Assembly: GCA_038496445.1 (NCBI GenBank)
Contig: JALMLS010000213.1
Location: 124,001 to 188,000, forward strand
Source: Trichosphaerium sp. ATCC 40318
Taxonomy: Eukaryota > Protista > Tubulinea
Length of the DNA stretch: 64,000 bases
Reading direction: 5' to 3'
In this document: in pieces, positions 42,426 through 56,304 of the stretch
How the letters are laid out: each line of letters begins with the position of its first letter
Position numbering within the stretch: position 1 is the first letter of the stretch
Translations under genes and position numbers: made by a program
Notes under the pieces: model-generated
The model's database searches: none
The model's input: only the letters and a program-made list of their open reading frames with translations
Told to the model about the DNA's origin: nothing

Positions 42426-45400
42426 CACCTGACAGATTTGTACACGAATAGAGTTTCTTTAATTTGTTTCATTAGAGAATGTTTTACCATTACAGAATTC
42501 TTGGCGTGAGGCTCATTGTTTTTTTGGTTTGAAACCATTTACTCTAAATACTTACCCTCACTTGACTGGTTAGTATAGAGTGCGTATTTAGCGTACCAAG
42601 TAATGTTTTGTCGTAGACTGTACATAGTAATATTAAAAATATGAAAAAAAACTTGTGTGCTGTCAACAGTGTTTAATTAAGTTCAGTTGTTATTGTACGT
42701 ATTTTATTCTACGATTTGTTTGAAGAATAAAGTCAATAACTTGAGTATCATAATGTTTACTTTCATCTGATCCACCTGTTATTGTTATATCTGTTACTAC
42801 TTCATTTTTTGTTTTACCAAGCTCATCAATACCAGATTGATCACAGCATACTTTACCCAATACTATTTTCTGAAGTGTGTTGTTTTCATTCAAACAAGAA
42901 CATAGTTGAGCCATGCCAAAATTACTCTTTAATTGGAAAAAAGTAAGAAAACAAGGAAAAGAAATTATTTGATGTATCAAAAAAAAAATTCCGTTTAGGT
43001 TTTTCAAACATGCTCTCTGGACAACAGCCAATAATTTATCAACGCTATTGTAGCACTGCATAATATTAATTTATCCATTGATAAATTAAAGAGTAACTAT
43101 GAGTCAAAAAGGCTCTGAAAGGAGCAATAAAACGCCAGAAGTGGAAGCAAAAAGTTATAAACAGAAATTTGTAAAATGTTGAACGTACAAGACCTAATGA
43201 TTGAATAGAGAGTTCCTCCAGCACTGTATTTGTTTTTAAAACTTCAAATAGAGATATAATATGTGGATTTACTTTGTTAAGAAAAAAAGTATGAGAAAGA
43301 TCCAAGTTTATAATAGAAGAGCTCTTAGCTACACCCTTAACAAAAAAAATTTTAGTAACACAGTGACTTGGATATCTTACCGAGTATAACGTGGCTAATC
43401 CACGAGTAGTATCTGTTCTGACACCTTCTAAAACTAGTTTTTTAAGTGTGCTTGATTTTGTTGCTATAGATGATAGACACTCTGCGCCCTCATCTCCAAT
43501 ATCTGTTGGAAAAAAAATTATAAGCTGAAAAGAACAAATATTTGGGTTTTTTTACATCCGGTACGTACAATTAAAAGGTATCGACAACACTGTCAACATT
43601 GAAAACTTTACAATAACACTCTGAAGCTGACGGAGAAGTTTCCATGAGAACGCTTTAAAAGCAAGATGATAAGTACAACCAAGAGACAAAATTAAAATGT
43701 AAAAAAGTGTTAAGTGCTTACATGAATTGGCTGGTGAAACAGCAAACCATTGTACTTTACGCCCTGGAAGAGATAACTCGCGTAGTATTATATTATTTTG
43801 TTCAATATGCTGAATAAGTCGACACCCACTCTCATCTCCAATACCATAATTATTATTCTCTGTACAACAGTTCAGTAAAGTTACAACACTGCAAAAAAAA
43901 AAGTGTTCAAAAAATGTACAAGAGTTTCTTACCTAGTTTCAACTTGACCATTTTATCGCCTTTTAGAGACTTTAATAATATGTCTAGTACAGGAGGATAA
44001 AATCTGAAATCACTAAAATTCGCTTTTACATGCCCAGGTGCAACTACACCACGCTAAACAAATCTGTAAGCAACAAGAAAAAATCTGAAGTAACAAACAT
44101 GCCTTGAGCCCAAAAACTGGAGCGAATCTCATTACTAATACGTCAATACGTGTTGCTCCCTCTTTCCTAATATTCTCTGGTAGATTTGCGCCAAAATAAT
44201 ATACTATAGGGAAAGGATAGACAACTCCCTTTGAGATGAGCTTGTGAACAAACTTTCCTATTTTAGAAAGTGAATAAAAAGTTGATCAAAAAATCACGTG
44301 TTCCACAAAAACAAAAGGACGTGTCAATGATAATACTTGTGGTTATTTCATAAAAGATACTAGAGTTCACAATAACCCGATAAAGGAAAAAAAAAAGCTT
44401 TTTTTAATGTTTACCTTCACTTCGATAGGACAAGACAGATTTCTCTGCAATTGAGCTTGGTCGAATTAAAAAATCTCCATCTTTCCCTAATAGCTTTTCT
44501 GCATCTACACGTGAACGTTGGTGATAGCAATTGGTTATTTCGACTAAATAGAAATGAGTACAGTTATATAAAACAAAGTACTTACAAAATAGTTGCGCTT
44601 TTTGAGAAGCTTGATGAAAACCTCGTGGTAAGTCACATCCGTTGAGTATCTTGGATATAGAGTATATTGATACATATCGCCTTGAAGATCTTGTCAGAGC
44701 CGACGCTTTATCATCTAGAATACAAAAGTCAGATAGAGCTCCAATAGTTTTTTGGTCACAATTAATCAAAAAAAAAATATCGCACCTGTTATGTAGCTGT
44801 TTAGAAATGTCAAATGCTTTGGTTCAACCTTAATACCAGCCTTATAGGCTGCTTGCATAAAATTATCAAAGCTCACCAAACTCTATTGATACGGTTAACC
44901 AAGCTTAGATAGAATAAGAAACTCACCTTTGTTCCAAAACTATCACACCAAAATTGCTTTGCAACAGGCCAACCAAGATCACGCCATATTGGAAAGTTTG
45001 AAGCTGTATAAAGATTTTCTGCAATAACACCCGAACCTTCATACTGAATTTGTTGTATCATATTACTTTTATCATCTGAACAAATCAATTAAAAATGAAA
45101 AAAGCCATAATGAAAAATAAATAAATAAAATAAAATCCTTTGAGTGAGTGACGTACCAATAACAAATTGTGTTTGCCAATCACCTTTAATAACACCAGAA
45201 AATTTACAATTTACAGTATCACTATATAAAAAGTCAGACAGAGCAATTAACAAGTAAGTAATTGCACAAAATGAGCAAAAAAACGAAACTAATTCCTTAC
45301 GTTGTTTGTACGTAACAACCTTTGATTTCTTGATGCGTTGTAATAATATGAATATCACGAGCTAACAGCACTTCTATAATCATCGCCTCGACTGGTGTCT

Positions 45401-46108
45401 CACATTCTTTAAATGCAAGTGTCAAAATGGATTCAGTGAATAGAAAATTTTGAAGTAACAATCAAGTGTCGACCTTTGTTTAACGTTTTTTTCAAAATTT
45501 TCCAACGTTTTGTCTACGTACCATAGTAAGAAACCTTGAACGCAGCTAAAGACGCTGAAGTTTCAACATCGTTGAGTGCCACTTGCGTGCAAATGTCGCT
45601 TGGTCGCGTAGAAAAGCAGTAGTAGTAATGAATCAGGTTCAACTGTAAAGAGTTAACGGTTTGTTGGGTGTTAAAACAATTTCTAAGGTATTTGTAATAA
45701 TTCTGAAAATAATGCCCCCAGTACCTTGCGTAAGTGAAGACAGTCAACCTTTGGGCGTTTCTAAACGTTATTAGATTAAAAATCAGAGAAGGGCTAAAAG
45801 AGCTAATGGGTAGTGCCTTGTTTTTTGCGACATCCTTAAAATTAGCGTGATGCTTTAATGAAGCTTTACATTCATCGAGAGACCAAAAACGCAACGCATG
45901 CGATAACCATACTATTGGCGATGTAGAAAACGCTTCAGAGATACGTCGTGTTGATCTGGCGAGTGCTAACTGCGTATTGATTGGCAAGCGCAAAAATATT
46001 AACGAAAGTAGATCTCCAGGTAAATCTACAACGAAATTAAACTCGCCACCATCACCAACGAAAAACGCGTAAAAAAAAGTGTTGAAACTTACCTGGTAGA
46101 TTGCTCAT
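42426..46108 (-). CDS. F-box-like + SH2 + RNI-like leucine-rich repeat protein (3' end approximate)
   Basis: MSNLP|DLPGDLLSLIFLRLP; SH2 CYHQRSRVDAEKLLGKDGDFLIRPSS...VLSYRSE|GKFVHKLI; LRRs IGDEGAECLS...STLKKLVL, NTVLEELSI, NNTLQKIVL. Confidence 0.75.
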
Positions 46109-46317
46109 TCGTTAACCTCGCGGCGAAAGCCTCGTACAGCTCCACAGTGGCACTTACGAGCCGTACAACCGCGGTCTTTACCAGTCACATAGCGAACAAT
46201 TCTCCACAGATGCAATTTTCACTCAGAAGATAGTTATAAGCCTTCTCTGCTCTACCAAAAGAACTGAAATAGTATTGACGTCACTCAAGCTTTCTTTTGA
46301 GAGCGTAGATAAAGATC

Positions 46318-49058
46318 ATGGCTGCAAACAACAAAGAGCAAGCTGACTGTATCCACTAAACTACTAACGCGTTCAATTGAATTTTGCGCGCTCTTATTTG
46401 CATTTAAACCAACTTGAAACAGATTATTTGTAATCCACACCTTTTTCGTTCAAAAGCGGGTGAATCTTGACTTTTGCCGTCATACTACGGTATTGCGCTC
46501 TTCTAATTAATAACTTTTTTTCCTTGACTTCACAGTCATAAAATTCTTATCCACAACGCTACTACCAAACGAAGAAAGCGCAACAGATGACGCACCAGAG
46601 CAACAATATCCTCCAAACGTGCGTAATTTATTGTTTTTGTTTGATTAGCCAACAGATCGTTTTAAGGCTACCGGACAGCGTCACCAAAACGGAAACGAGA
46701 CTCAAAACAGCAACGTAAATATTCAAGGGCAATTCCAAGGCTATCTTCCACAACGTACCTAATGCCTTTTTCTGTGGTTTGCAAAACCGTAACGACGTTT
46801 TAGAAAATACCGACGTGTCGTATAGAAATCCTACAAATGCAGTAAACCATCAACAGGTACAAAGAGAAATTTAGAAAAAGTTTCAAAAAACCAGAAAAAA
46901 AAACCCAAAAAAAAAACCGTGACAGTGGCTTTAAACTATGAAATACAAATTGCCATTGAAACAATCAAAATGCGCTTTTAAAAATTATTTACACTTTCGG
47001 TTATTTTCATCAAAATGTAAGCGTGTCATTGACGTATGTCGTAACGGTTTTTTTTTTTCTTTCATCAATCTTGCATTTTTATTTTTGAATCAAAAATATT
47101 CGTATCCTAAAAGCCACAGAATGATATGTCTCAAATGTACAGAATGCCTAACGATGGTGGTATGTTTCAAGATCCAAGATACAGAGATCCTTCTTTTATG
47201 AATGTACACGATCCATATCAGCACGTATCTCCACAAGAAGAAGCTAAATTTGTACAAAACTTTGCAGTTAGTGGCGCACCGCCACCACAATTCATGGGAT
47301 ACAATTGGAATTTTCAACACCCTTTCGGTGGACTTCCTCCACCACAAGACTCTCGTCTGTTTAATCCTCAGAATGGTATGGGTATGGGCGGTATGTTTAC
47401 ACCACAAGGCGCAATGCCTCCTTACGGTAGACAACAAGATTTTGGACGACCAGTTTTTGCCAACTACGCTCCTCCAATGCCTGGTCAAGATGATCGAGCA
47501 CATCAAATGTATGCTCCTGGCGTGCCTGGACTTCAACAGATGGCACCTATGCAACCTAATATGCAAATGAAAATGCCAATTGGACAACCACAAAATGGTC
47601 AAACACAACCTTCTTCACAGGCTCCTGCTCCTACACAAAAGAATAATGGGTCTGCGCAACAGAAAGTAGCAAGTCAACCTCCAAAGAGAACAAATGTTGC
47701 TCCTACAGCGACTAGAGACGTACAAACAAAGGCGCCATTGCCAAAACAAAAAAATGTTGGTGCTGCTCAAAAACCTCGTACACAACAACGTGCTGCAACT
47801 AGTAAACCTGAAGCATTGCATTTTGGTGTTGCCAACATGTCTATTCAAGATAGTAATCAAAAAGACGTTCAAAAACCGAAAGCGCAACCACCGCGTAATA
47901 CACAAACCGCTACTCGCCCTTCTAACGCGAAGAGAAACACTACAAATCAACAAAAACCAAAACCACAGCCAGCAGCAAAGCCTGCTGCTGCACGTTCATG
48001 GGCATCTATCGCGCGAAAGAACCCTGGAAAAGGACCAATGCATCAACCACCACGCAACCCAATGCTAAAGCAAATGCCAGCAAAGAAAAAGAGACCACTA
48101 GCAGCCCCACAGGTAAATTCATCTTTTTTGTCTCTACTTTTTTTCCTCAGTGCCTAATGCTACTGATGACTCGAGCTAACGGTCGTATGGTATTGTTTAC
48201 TTTTGGTTTTGACTCTTCGCTCTTTTTTGTAGGCTCGCGATACTACAAAACGTTACAACAGCAATAATACTACAGCTCCGCAATCAAATGGCTCATATGA
48301 GAACAGCACTCTACCAAAAGAACTATTACAGAGCGTAAACAGCTCCTCTTTTGATCATAGACCAAAGTACGCTCGTTTTTTTGTAATCAAGTCGTATTCA
48401 GAGGATGACGTTCATAAATGTATCAAAGTACGTTAAAAAGAACCTCATAACGTATTGAGAATTGTTGCTGATTTTTCACTCAAATTAGTATTCAATTTGG
48501 GCAAGTACAGATAGTGGTAATAGGCGCTTGGATACTGCATTTAGGGAATCAGCGAGTAAGGGACCTATTTATTTGTTTTTTTCCGTGAACGCTTCTGGAC
48601 AATTTTGTGGCATGGCAGAGATGAAATCGCCTGTAGACTACGCTAAGAAGTGCTCTTTATGGACTCAAGATAAATGGAATGGTCAGTTTACAGTAGAATG
48701 GAAGTTCATAAAAGATATTCCCAATTCTCAGTTTAGACACATTCGATTACCGTATCCTTCTCGCTGCCCTTGTTTTCCTTTTTTCACTCTACAATTTTTT
48801 TTCAAACCCTTCTTCCTTGACCCTATCTAAAGAAACAACGATAACAAACCTGTAACAAACTCTCGTGATACACAAGAAGTACTACTTGATCCTGGTAGAG
48901 AGATTTTAAAGACTTTCAAACAGTATAACTCTAAGACTTCTATTCTCGATGATTTTGCTTGGTATGATAGGCGTCAAGAATTTATGATTGGTAAAAAGAA
49001 AGAACAGCAAAATTCCGAGGCAAACGGACATTCTGACGTACGTCATACCTCAACTTAA
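46318..49058 (+). CDS. YTH-domain m6A reader, YTHDF/ECT-like
   Basis: [66 protein letters not shown]; P/Q/G/M-rich low-complexity N-half; cage tryptophans present. Confidence 0.95.
46349..46535 (+). other. Probable U12-type intron
   Basis: Donor GTATCCAC, branch site TTCCTTGAC at 46520-46528, close to the CAG acceptor; restores the frame. Confidence 0.65.
48752..48832 (+). other. U12-type (minor spliceosome) GT-AG intron
   Basis: Donor GTATCCTTC, branch site TTCCTTGAC at 48813-48821, no polypyrimidine tract; removal gives conserved RHIRLPNNDNKPV. Confidence 0.88.
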
Positions 49059-49965
49059 GATCTATTTGAACCTGCCTTAACATAATTTCTTTTAGTATCA
49101 CTCTTACACCAAAAAGAACAATTCGTATGGTAATTCGAAAGGCTCTGGTAATCATATAAAAACAAACCCACAAAAAGGGGGTTTGGTTAACAACAGTAGA
49201 CGTATACGCAAAATGTAATTCTCCTTTTTGCACGTGGATGGTATTTCCATCAAAAACAACCACAACAAACCAAACTTATCAAATAATTTCTAGCTTCTTT
49301 TTCTTTTTTTTTTTCTTGTAACTTGTAAGAATATTCTCTATTGCTTTTGGCCAAATGAGACCAAATAATCATCATTAAATTTTCTTCAGTGATCACTTGC
49401 GTACCTGTTTATAAACATTGAAGGTTTTTTTTGGTGTTTCTAGCTTAAAAGTTTGTACGCTAAGTCACAGCGCTTGGATTTCGAATCATAGTGTTGTAAT
49501 CTTATTTGAATGTCATAATACACCTACAAGCGACAAACGCTAGATGTCGCTTTACAGCTTTCTCTTGCTTTTTTAAGATCCACCTTCTTTTCAGATTGTT
49601 TAATTCATGAAAGAAATGTACCAGAAATATGGAACGATAATGTGCAAACGAGCAAATAGTCAAGGATAAAACGATTAGATTTCCAATGAAACCAAAGTGG
49701 AGAATCTGTCAACTTCAATAACTAATATCCTATACGCTACAGTATATCGTACAGAGCGTTAGAGATGGAGTAAAAACTCTTTATGTACGGAAGAAAGATT
49801 TGTGATTCGGACAAAGTTTGTCCGATTTGTCCAAGTTGTTTCATAAAATTGATAAAGCGCACAATAATTCCAACGAGTGCGGAGGTAAATAAGGACCATA
49901 AAAAAAACAAGGAACCAACACCTACCACACAACCCACAACAAACACAACATCCACCACAAATACA

Positions 49966-52900
49966 ATGAACTTGTGGACATCATACGTTGGCTTTCTAGC
50001 CTGGATACAGAAAATAATCGAAAAGGGTTTTAGACGCGTTGGCGCTATTAACTATGACTACAGTTGGGTTGTTATACTATGTACACTCATTTTCTGCCTT
50101 ATTGTGAGCCTTGGACTTCTTCGTTTCAACGAGGAGACAGCTGCAGAAAAATTATGGCTTCCACAGAACTCTCAAGCTATAAAGGATAAGGTACAATGTT
50201 TTATTTGATAAAACGTATTGAAAACCTATTTCTCCATTTTCCTTTTTCCGCTTCGGACGCCTGCTAATACATTTACAGAGGGTAGTAGAAGCCGCATATG
50301 GCTTTAACTCGCGTCCGAATCAACTTTTCATCACATTAAAGAACGAAGGCGATTTATTAGCTGACAGGAACGCTTTGCTTGAAATACAGAAGTTGCACGT
50401 CGCAATAGCGAATACCTCCGTCGAAGTAAACGGAAGACAATACAAATACGCCGATGTTTGCACTGTAGTGACAGGTGGCACTGAATGTAATATTATTTCG
50501 TACGTTTGATTACAAATCACATTCGTAGCGACGTTTTCTCTTTTTCTAACTTCCTATTCAAGGCCTCTAGGGTACTGGAACTTTAACGAGGCAGATATTA
50601 TCGCTGATGAAGGAAATTACAATGCTACAATACAAGCAGGCGGCACTTACCCTTCCGGAGGTCGTATTGCTAGATCTACAGTCATAGCAGGCGTTGGAAT
50701 GGAAAACGGAGCTATTTCTACAGCTAGAGCCGTTCAATTGATTTATTTCTTGCAACCAGAGGATACTTTAGACTTGTCTGTATCGACTCTATGGGAGAAA
50801 GATGTATTTCTTGTACGTCAAAGCATTTTTTAACAAAAGTTGGTTTTTTGCTTACGAATCGCGTAGAAATTTGCTGCCGCTGATGATTTTGAATACATTA
50901 CAGTCGTTCGTCGTGCTGCATCAAGTTTTGATGAAGAATTGAGCAGTTCCGTTTCAGGAGATATTACTTTCTTTGCTGCCGCTATCGTCCTTATTGTAGT
51001 GTATGCATCTCTTATGCTAAGCAGATGGAACTGGACTGGCACCAGAATAATTGCTGCCAACATCGGATTCGTACGATCTTTGAAAAACACGTTTTTTTGA
51101 TACAGTTACTAATTATAATTGTTTAGTTGAGTGTCGGTTTATCAATCCTAGTTTCATTCGGATTATCGAGCCTTTTCGGCGTATTCTTCACATCTTTAGT
51201 TTCTATCATGCCTTTTATTCTTATTGGTGTTGGTAAGTGCTTTGAACTCGAACAAGAAGAAAAACGTGTTTGAATACAAGTGTTTTTTTTTTGGTTTCTA
51301 ATCTTCTTTTTTTACCAGGTATGGACAACGTCTTTGTTCTTGTAGATGCTTTTGATAGAACACCTGCTAAATGGGATACACGTAAAAGAATGGTTACTGC
51401 ATTAGGAGTAGCTGGTGGATCCATAATTGTAACATCTTTGACGGATGTCGCCGCTTTTCTACTTGGAACTCTCACAACGCTTCCAGCAATTCGATCTTTC
51501 TGTATCTACGCTGCAATCGGTGTTGGATTCAGTTTCATTTCCCATATCACCTTCTTCACTGCTTGGTTTTGTATACTCGAACGTGCAGCTGCAGCTGGTA
51601 GTGTAGAACTCGTCCCTTGCATCAAACAAAAAGACCAAGACATTCTTGACCAAAGAGTAAAGTCAAAGAGTGGTACGTCCTTCTTTTTTGTCTATCGCAA
51701 TAGCCACTTCAAAATCACGTGGTATTATTTGATACTAGTATCAATTTACTTACTGGTTTGAAACAGGTTCTATGTGGATCAGTTGGTTTATTAAGAAGTA
51801 CTACGCTCCTTTCTTGATGAAATTGCCAGTAAGAATCTGTGTTATCATTTTGACAGCTATCATTCTTGGTGTTGCTATCTACTTTACAACAACTCTCGAT
51901 CAAGGACTTCCTCTTGAAGATTTAGCTCCAGATGATAGCTACTTGCAAGACTTTTATACAATAGAATCACGATATTTTGAAGAGATTGGTCAAAGAGTTT
52001 TCCTCTATGTTGGAGAAGTTGACTACTTTTCAACTGAGGAACAAAATCGAATCATAGATCAAACGCAGCTATTATTCAACCTGAAATGGGTAGAGAAAAC
52101 GACTGGTAAGTCGTTAATATAACCTTTTATAAAGTCTTAACATTCTACTACAGGCTACGCTTCATGGCTTGAAGACTTTTTGGCTCACTTAAACGCAACC
52201 AATTTTACACCTGCAAACGAAACAGAATTTTATGATAGGTTGTTTAATACCTTCCTCAAGTCTCCACAAGGAGGTCAGTACAGTGTAAACGTAGTCCGTA
52301 AGTATAAACAGCATGCTATTACTCATCCAGAAGACTAACATATCTCTATAGCAACTGCTGACGGCCTTCGTATTCTTAACTCGAGAGTTCAATTTTTTTA
52401 CAATGCAGCTTCGACCATCAGAGAAAATGATGTGGACGTTCTCGATGATTCTCGTGAAGTTGTTATCTACAATAACATGTTTGTTTATAACTTCCAAATG
52501 GACTTCTGGGAACAATCAAAGGTTATACCTACAGAAGCATACACAAATCTTGCTTTAGCTGGTCTTGGTGTGTTTATAATTTCGAACGTTTTGCTTGCAA
52601 ATCCACTTCTTGCTGTTTATGTTATCTTCTGCTTGCTCATGGTACGTCCATTTTATGATCCTATTAATACCTTGGCATTGTCTTACTCTAAGTTTAGATT
52701 GATATTGATATTTTGGGCTTAATGGCATTGTGGAGCGTTAAACTTAACACAATTTCTGTTGTAAATCTTGTAATGGCAATCGGCTTCTCTTTTGATTATG
52801 TTGGCCATTTAGCACATGCTTTTATTGTAGCCAAAGGAACAAGAGTTGAACGCGTAAAAAAGGCATTGGTTAATCTCGGTGCATCAATTTTTAACGGAGG

Positions 52901-53244
52901 TTTTTCGACTTTACTCGGTGTTTTGGTACGCTTTGAACTTTTTCTTTTGTTGCAGATTGAACACTTTTCTTATTTTTTTCTTGTAGATTCTATCTGCTTC
53001 ACAATCAGCAATTTTCCGTATTTTCTTCAGACAGTTTGTTGGTATCGTTATATTTGGACTGTACCATGGTCTAGTATTCTTCCCTGTCCTTGCATCGTTC
53101 ATTGGACCTGCTCCAGTTGAAGGTCTTTCTGGTCATGGAGATGAAGATGAAGACCAGTCTGATGAAGAAAAAGGTGAAGCTAAAACAGCATTAGACTCAC
53201 CTACAAGTTCTTCTGGAACAGAAACAACACATTCTTCTTCATAA
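49966..53244 (+). CDS. Patched/NPC1-family sterol-sensing-domain (RND) membrane protein
   Basis: KLWLPQNS, SFDEEL, PFILIGVGMDNVFV, SIIVTSLTDVAAF, LPAIRSFC, LAPDDSYL, LNTISVVNLVMAIGFSFDY..H, YHGLVFFPV. Confidence 0.92.
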
Positions 53245-53664
53245 TAGATATGACCAAGGTGTTGTAAATGAAAAAAAAACCCAACAAAAAATGTACTAAT
53301 AACAAAATAAATTAAAAACAATTTAATATACTTATTGTCGACGACAGTAATGGTTTATTTTACGTTGTGTGGTTTTAACGAAATTGCTGGACTTTTTTTT
53401 TCTCATATGAGAGCTACTTGAGCTGCCAGGCACTGCTTCTGTACTTGTTTTTTACTAAGCTTGCAAATAAAGGAGGCAGAGTTATTTATAAAGCGTACAA
53501 AAGCTTCCTTTCTTTATTTGGTTTTCTTTAAAAGAACAATGTTTGTTTAAGGATAAAATGAGCAATAATGAATGTCTATGCTATTGATTAATAATCTCCT
53601 AAGTGTATCACGGAGGTGTGAATGGTAGTTATAAAATAAAAACTTCTTTTTTCGTTTTTCATCT

Positions 53665-56304
53665 TCACTTTTTCGTTTCCTGAACAGTATCAGCTGTATC
53701 GCCTTCTTTTTGTGTCTTTTCTTCTTCCTTAATCTCCTTTGCGTCTGGTAATGTACTGTCTGGTTTTTCAAAGTGTTTTTTGTCGACTTTGCCTACAAAG
53801 TAATGGCAAGCTGCAGCAGTGCCTAAAGAACAATCATAAGCACGTTTTAATGATTTTACTCTAGAGTAGTGGAGTAATACTATCTCTATATTCTTACCCA
53901 TTAGTCCAGCCATGGATATAAAGCAAGGATCATAAATAAATGGTGTAGGATCAATTGTTCCTTCAGGCATAATTTCCATTAGTTTTGCAATTGTGAGTGT
54001 CTTTGCTTGGATAAGCTCATTGGCTTTCTCTACAGGAGCTCCAAATGTTTGTAAAAATGCAGCTGGATCAACTTGGGTGAGTAGATCTGCAATAGAGCGA
54101 TCATAGGTCTATATCAAGGTAAATAAATTACGATTCATGAATATTTTGTTGCGTACGTTTTGACGAAGCCAAAGGAATAAGTTCTGTCCAAAAGGAGCTG
54201 AGAGGGTAGTACCAGCAAGCAACATACGTCCATGAATAGCACCGACATATTTTGCACCGTATAGATCGGTCTGGTACGCAGGTATAGTAGAGTATACACC
54301 ACCAAACATACTAATGGCAACAACAGTTGCTTGAAGAAAAAGGTGTCAGATATCTGCGTTTTGAAAATCAAACGTACTGCCGATAAATACGTAGATTGGC
54401 GCTACTGATTGCATGTCTATTGCCATACGAATGATGAAAGGAACAGATAGATATAGAGGAATACTAGCAAGTGAGAAAATATGAAACGTTGGTCTTCTAC
54501 CGTATTTATCAGAAAATGCTCCCCAACCTAGACGCCCAAGAAGATTTCCGCTAGCAACGGACATAACGTAAGCAGATGAGACAGTTGCCATTGCAGCCTG
54601 GTATGATAGTTAATAATAAAATCAGAAAGTAGGACACCAGTAAAAACAAAAAAAGAAACAGTTTTTGTGTAAACTATTAATGATAACTTCTGTGGAATAG
54701 TAAACCGTACTTGTGGGATGATATTGCCAAAGACCTCTGACATCATTGGCTTTGCGACAGCCATAATACCCATACCACCTGTTGAGATACAAAAGAAACT
54801 AGCGAACAATAAAGCGAATTGAGGAGTTCTCATTGCTGCATCAACAGGAACAGCGCTTGTGAGTGATCCTTTTGGTGGAACATAGCCTAAATGTCACGTC
54901 AACATACAAACCAAAAAAACATTAACAAAAACCGTAGTTCCTGTAGATTTTCAAAAAAAACTAAAAATGACAACGTACCTTTTGGTACATATCCTTTTGG
55001 TGCTGTACGGATTGCAAATGCAGACGTTAGCATAATTCCAGTGTAAATTGCACCAAATACGGCTAATGATGCAGCAGCACCAGTACTTCCTGTACCAACA
55101 ACATAAACACCTTCAGCTAAGTCTCCTGATAACTGAGATAATTCATTAGCATTGGCCTTTACAACTTCTTGCATTTGACCAGCGACTTCAGCGTAAAGTC
55201 GTCCATCTTTAAGTGTGGTGGCAACCTCTGCAGCTTTTCCAAGGTATTGTGGGGCACTTGAGAAGTATTCCATCAACTTACTAGCCAAAGGAGCAAAAAG
55301 TACTGCACCAGAACCGAAACCACCAATACACATACCAAACACGGTTCCTACACGTGATGAGATTATGTTTTTGTATTAATTAAATACCCTTCTTATCTGG
55401 AAACCATTGTGTGAGAGTCTAGAGTAGTGTGAGACGCCTCAATTATAGTAAAAATTTTTTCTTCAATGGTAAAAAAAAAAAGATCTATTTGTTTACCTGA
55501 AGTGGTGGAGTGTATGCAACACCAATACCGCAACCTTAAACAATAATATTAGTATGACAGAAACAGATTAAGAGTTCGCACCGGACATTACAGATCCAGC
55601 GTACATGAGAGGCAGCATGTGAAGGCCAACACCTGCCGCCATTACTACCCAACCGCCTCCAAAGAGGAGACCAGCGAGGGCCATTGAGGCTCTAGGTCCA
55701 ACCTTCATTTGCCATTTACCAGCTGCAAACGCGCCAATACCTTTAAAAAAAGAGTCAGAAATGACAAGATGATAAATTAAAAAATAATATTTTTGTAGAC
55801 TCGCGATGGAGTTTTCCTTGTCACAATGGAAAAGTAGTGCACTCGTTTTGGCGAAATTAAGGTTACGCGTGCCTTGAAACGCAAATGCAATTGACATCGG
55901 TAGGCCGACTGACCATAGTGACCAATCTAGTGCGGCAGCTGTTACAAAGCCTAATTCTCGCGAAAGGGGTCCTATTTACTAACGTTAAGCAAAAACCAAC
56001 TAAAAAGTCTAGGCGCTACAAAAATCTGTTTTTGCGTACCCATCATTACAGACCACGCGTATGGACTACCAATGCAAAAATGTGTGAAAAAAGCAGGCGC
56101 TACAACCCACCAACGTGAAGTGAAGTTTTTAGGCGCTTCGCAGGTCTTTGGGCCTAACCAACGGTCGAAGAAAGAGGTACCCGTCGATTTTTGACGAATG
56201 ACAATCTTACTGGGTTGGCGTTGTACTGGCGATACATAGTTATGTGTTGTAGGCTTGTTCAAGCCTGTGGCTAAACCTGGGCGAGATAACACTGTTCTGA
56301 TCAT
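53665..56304 (-). CDS. MFS transporter, oxalate/formate antiporter-like
   Basis: HFCIGSPYAWS, GVAYTPP, QWFPDKKG, GGFGSGA, GNLLGRLGWGAFSDKYGRR, GAKYVGAIHG. Confidence 0.88.
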
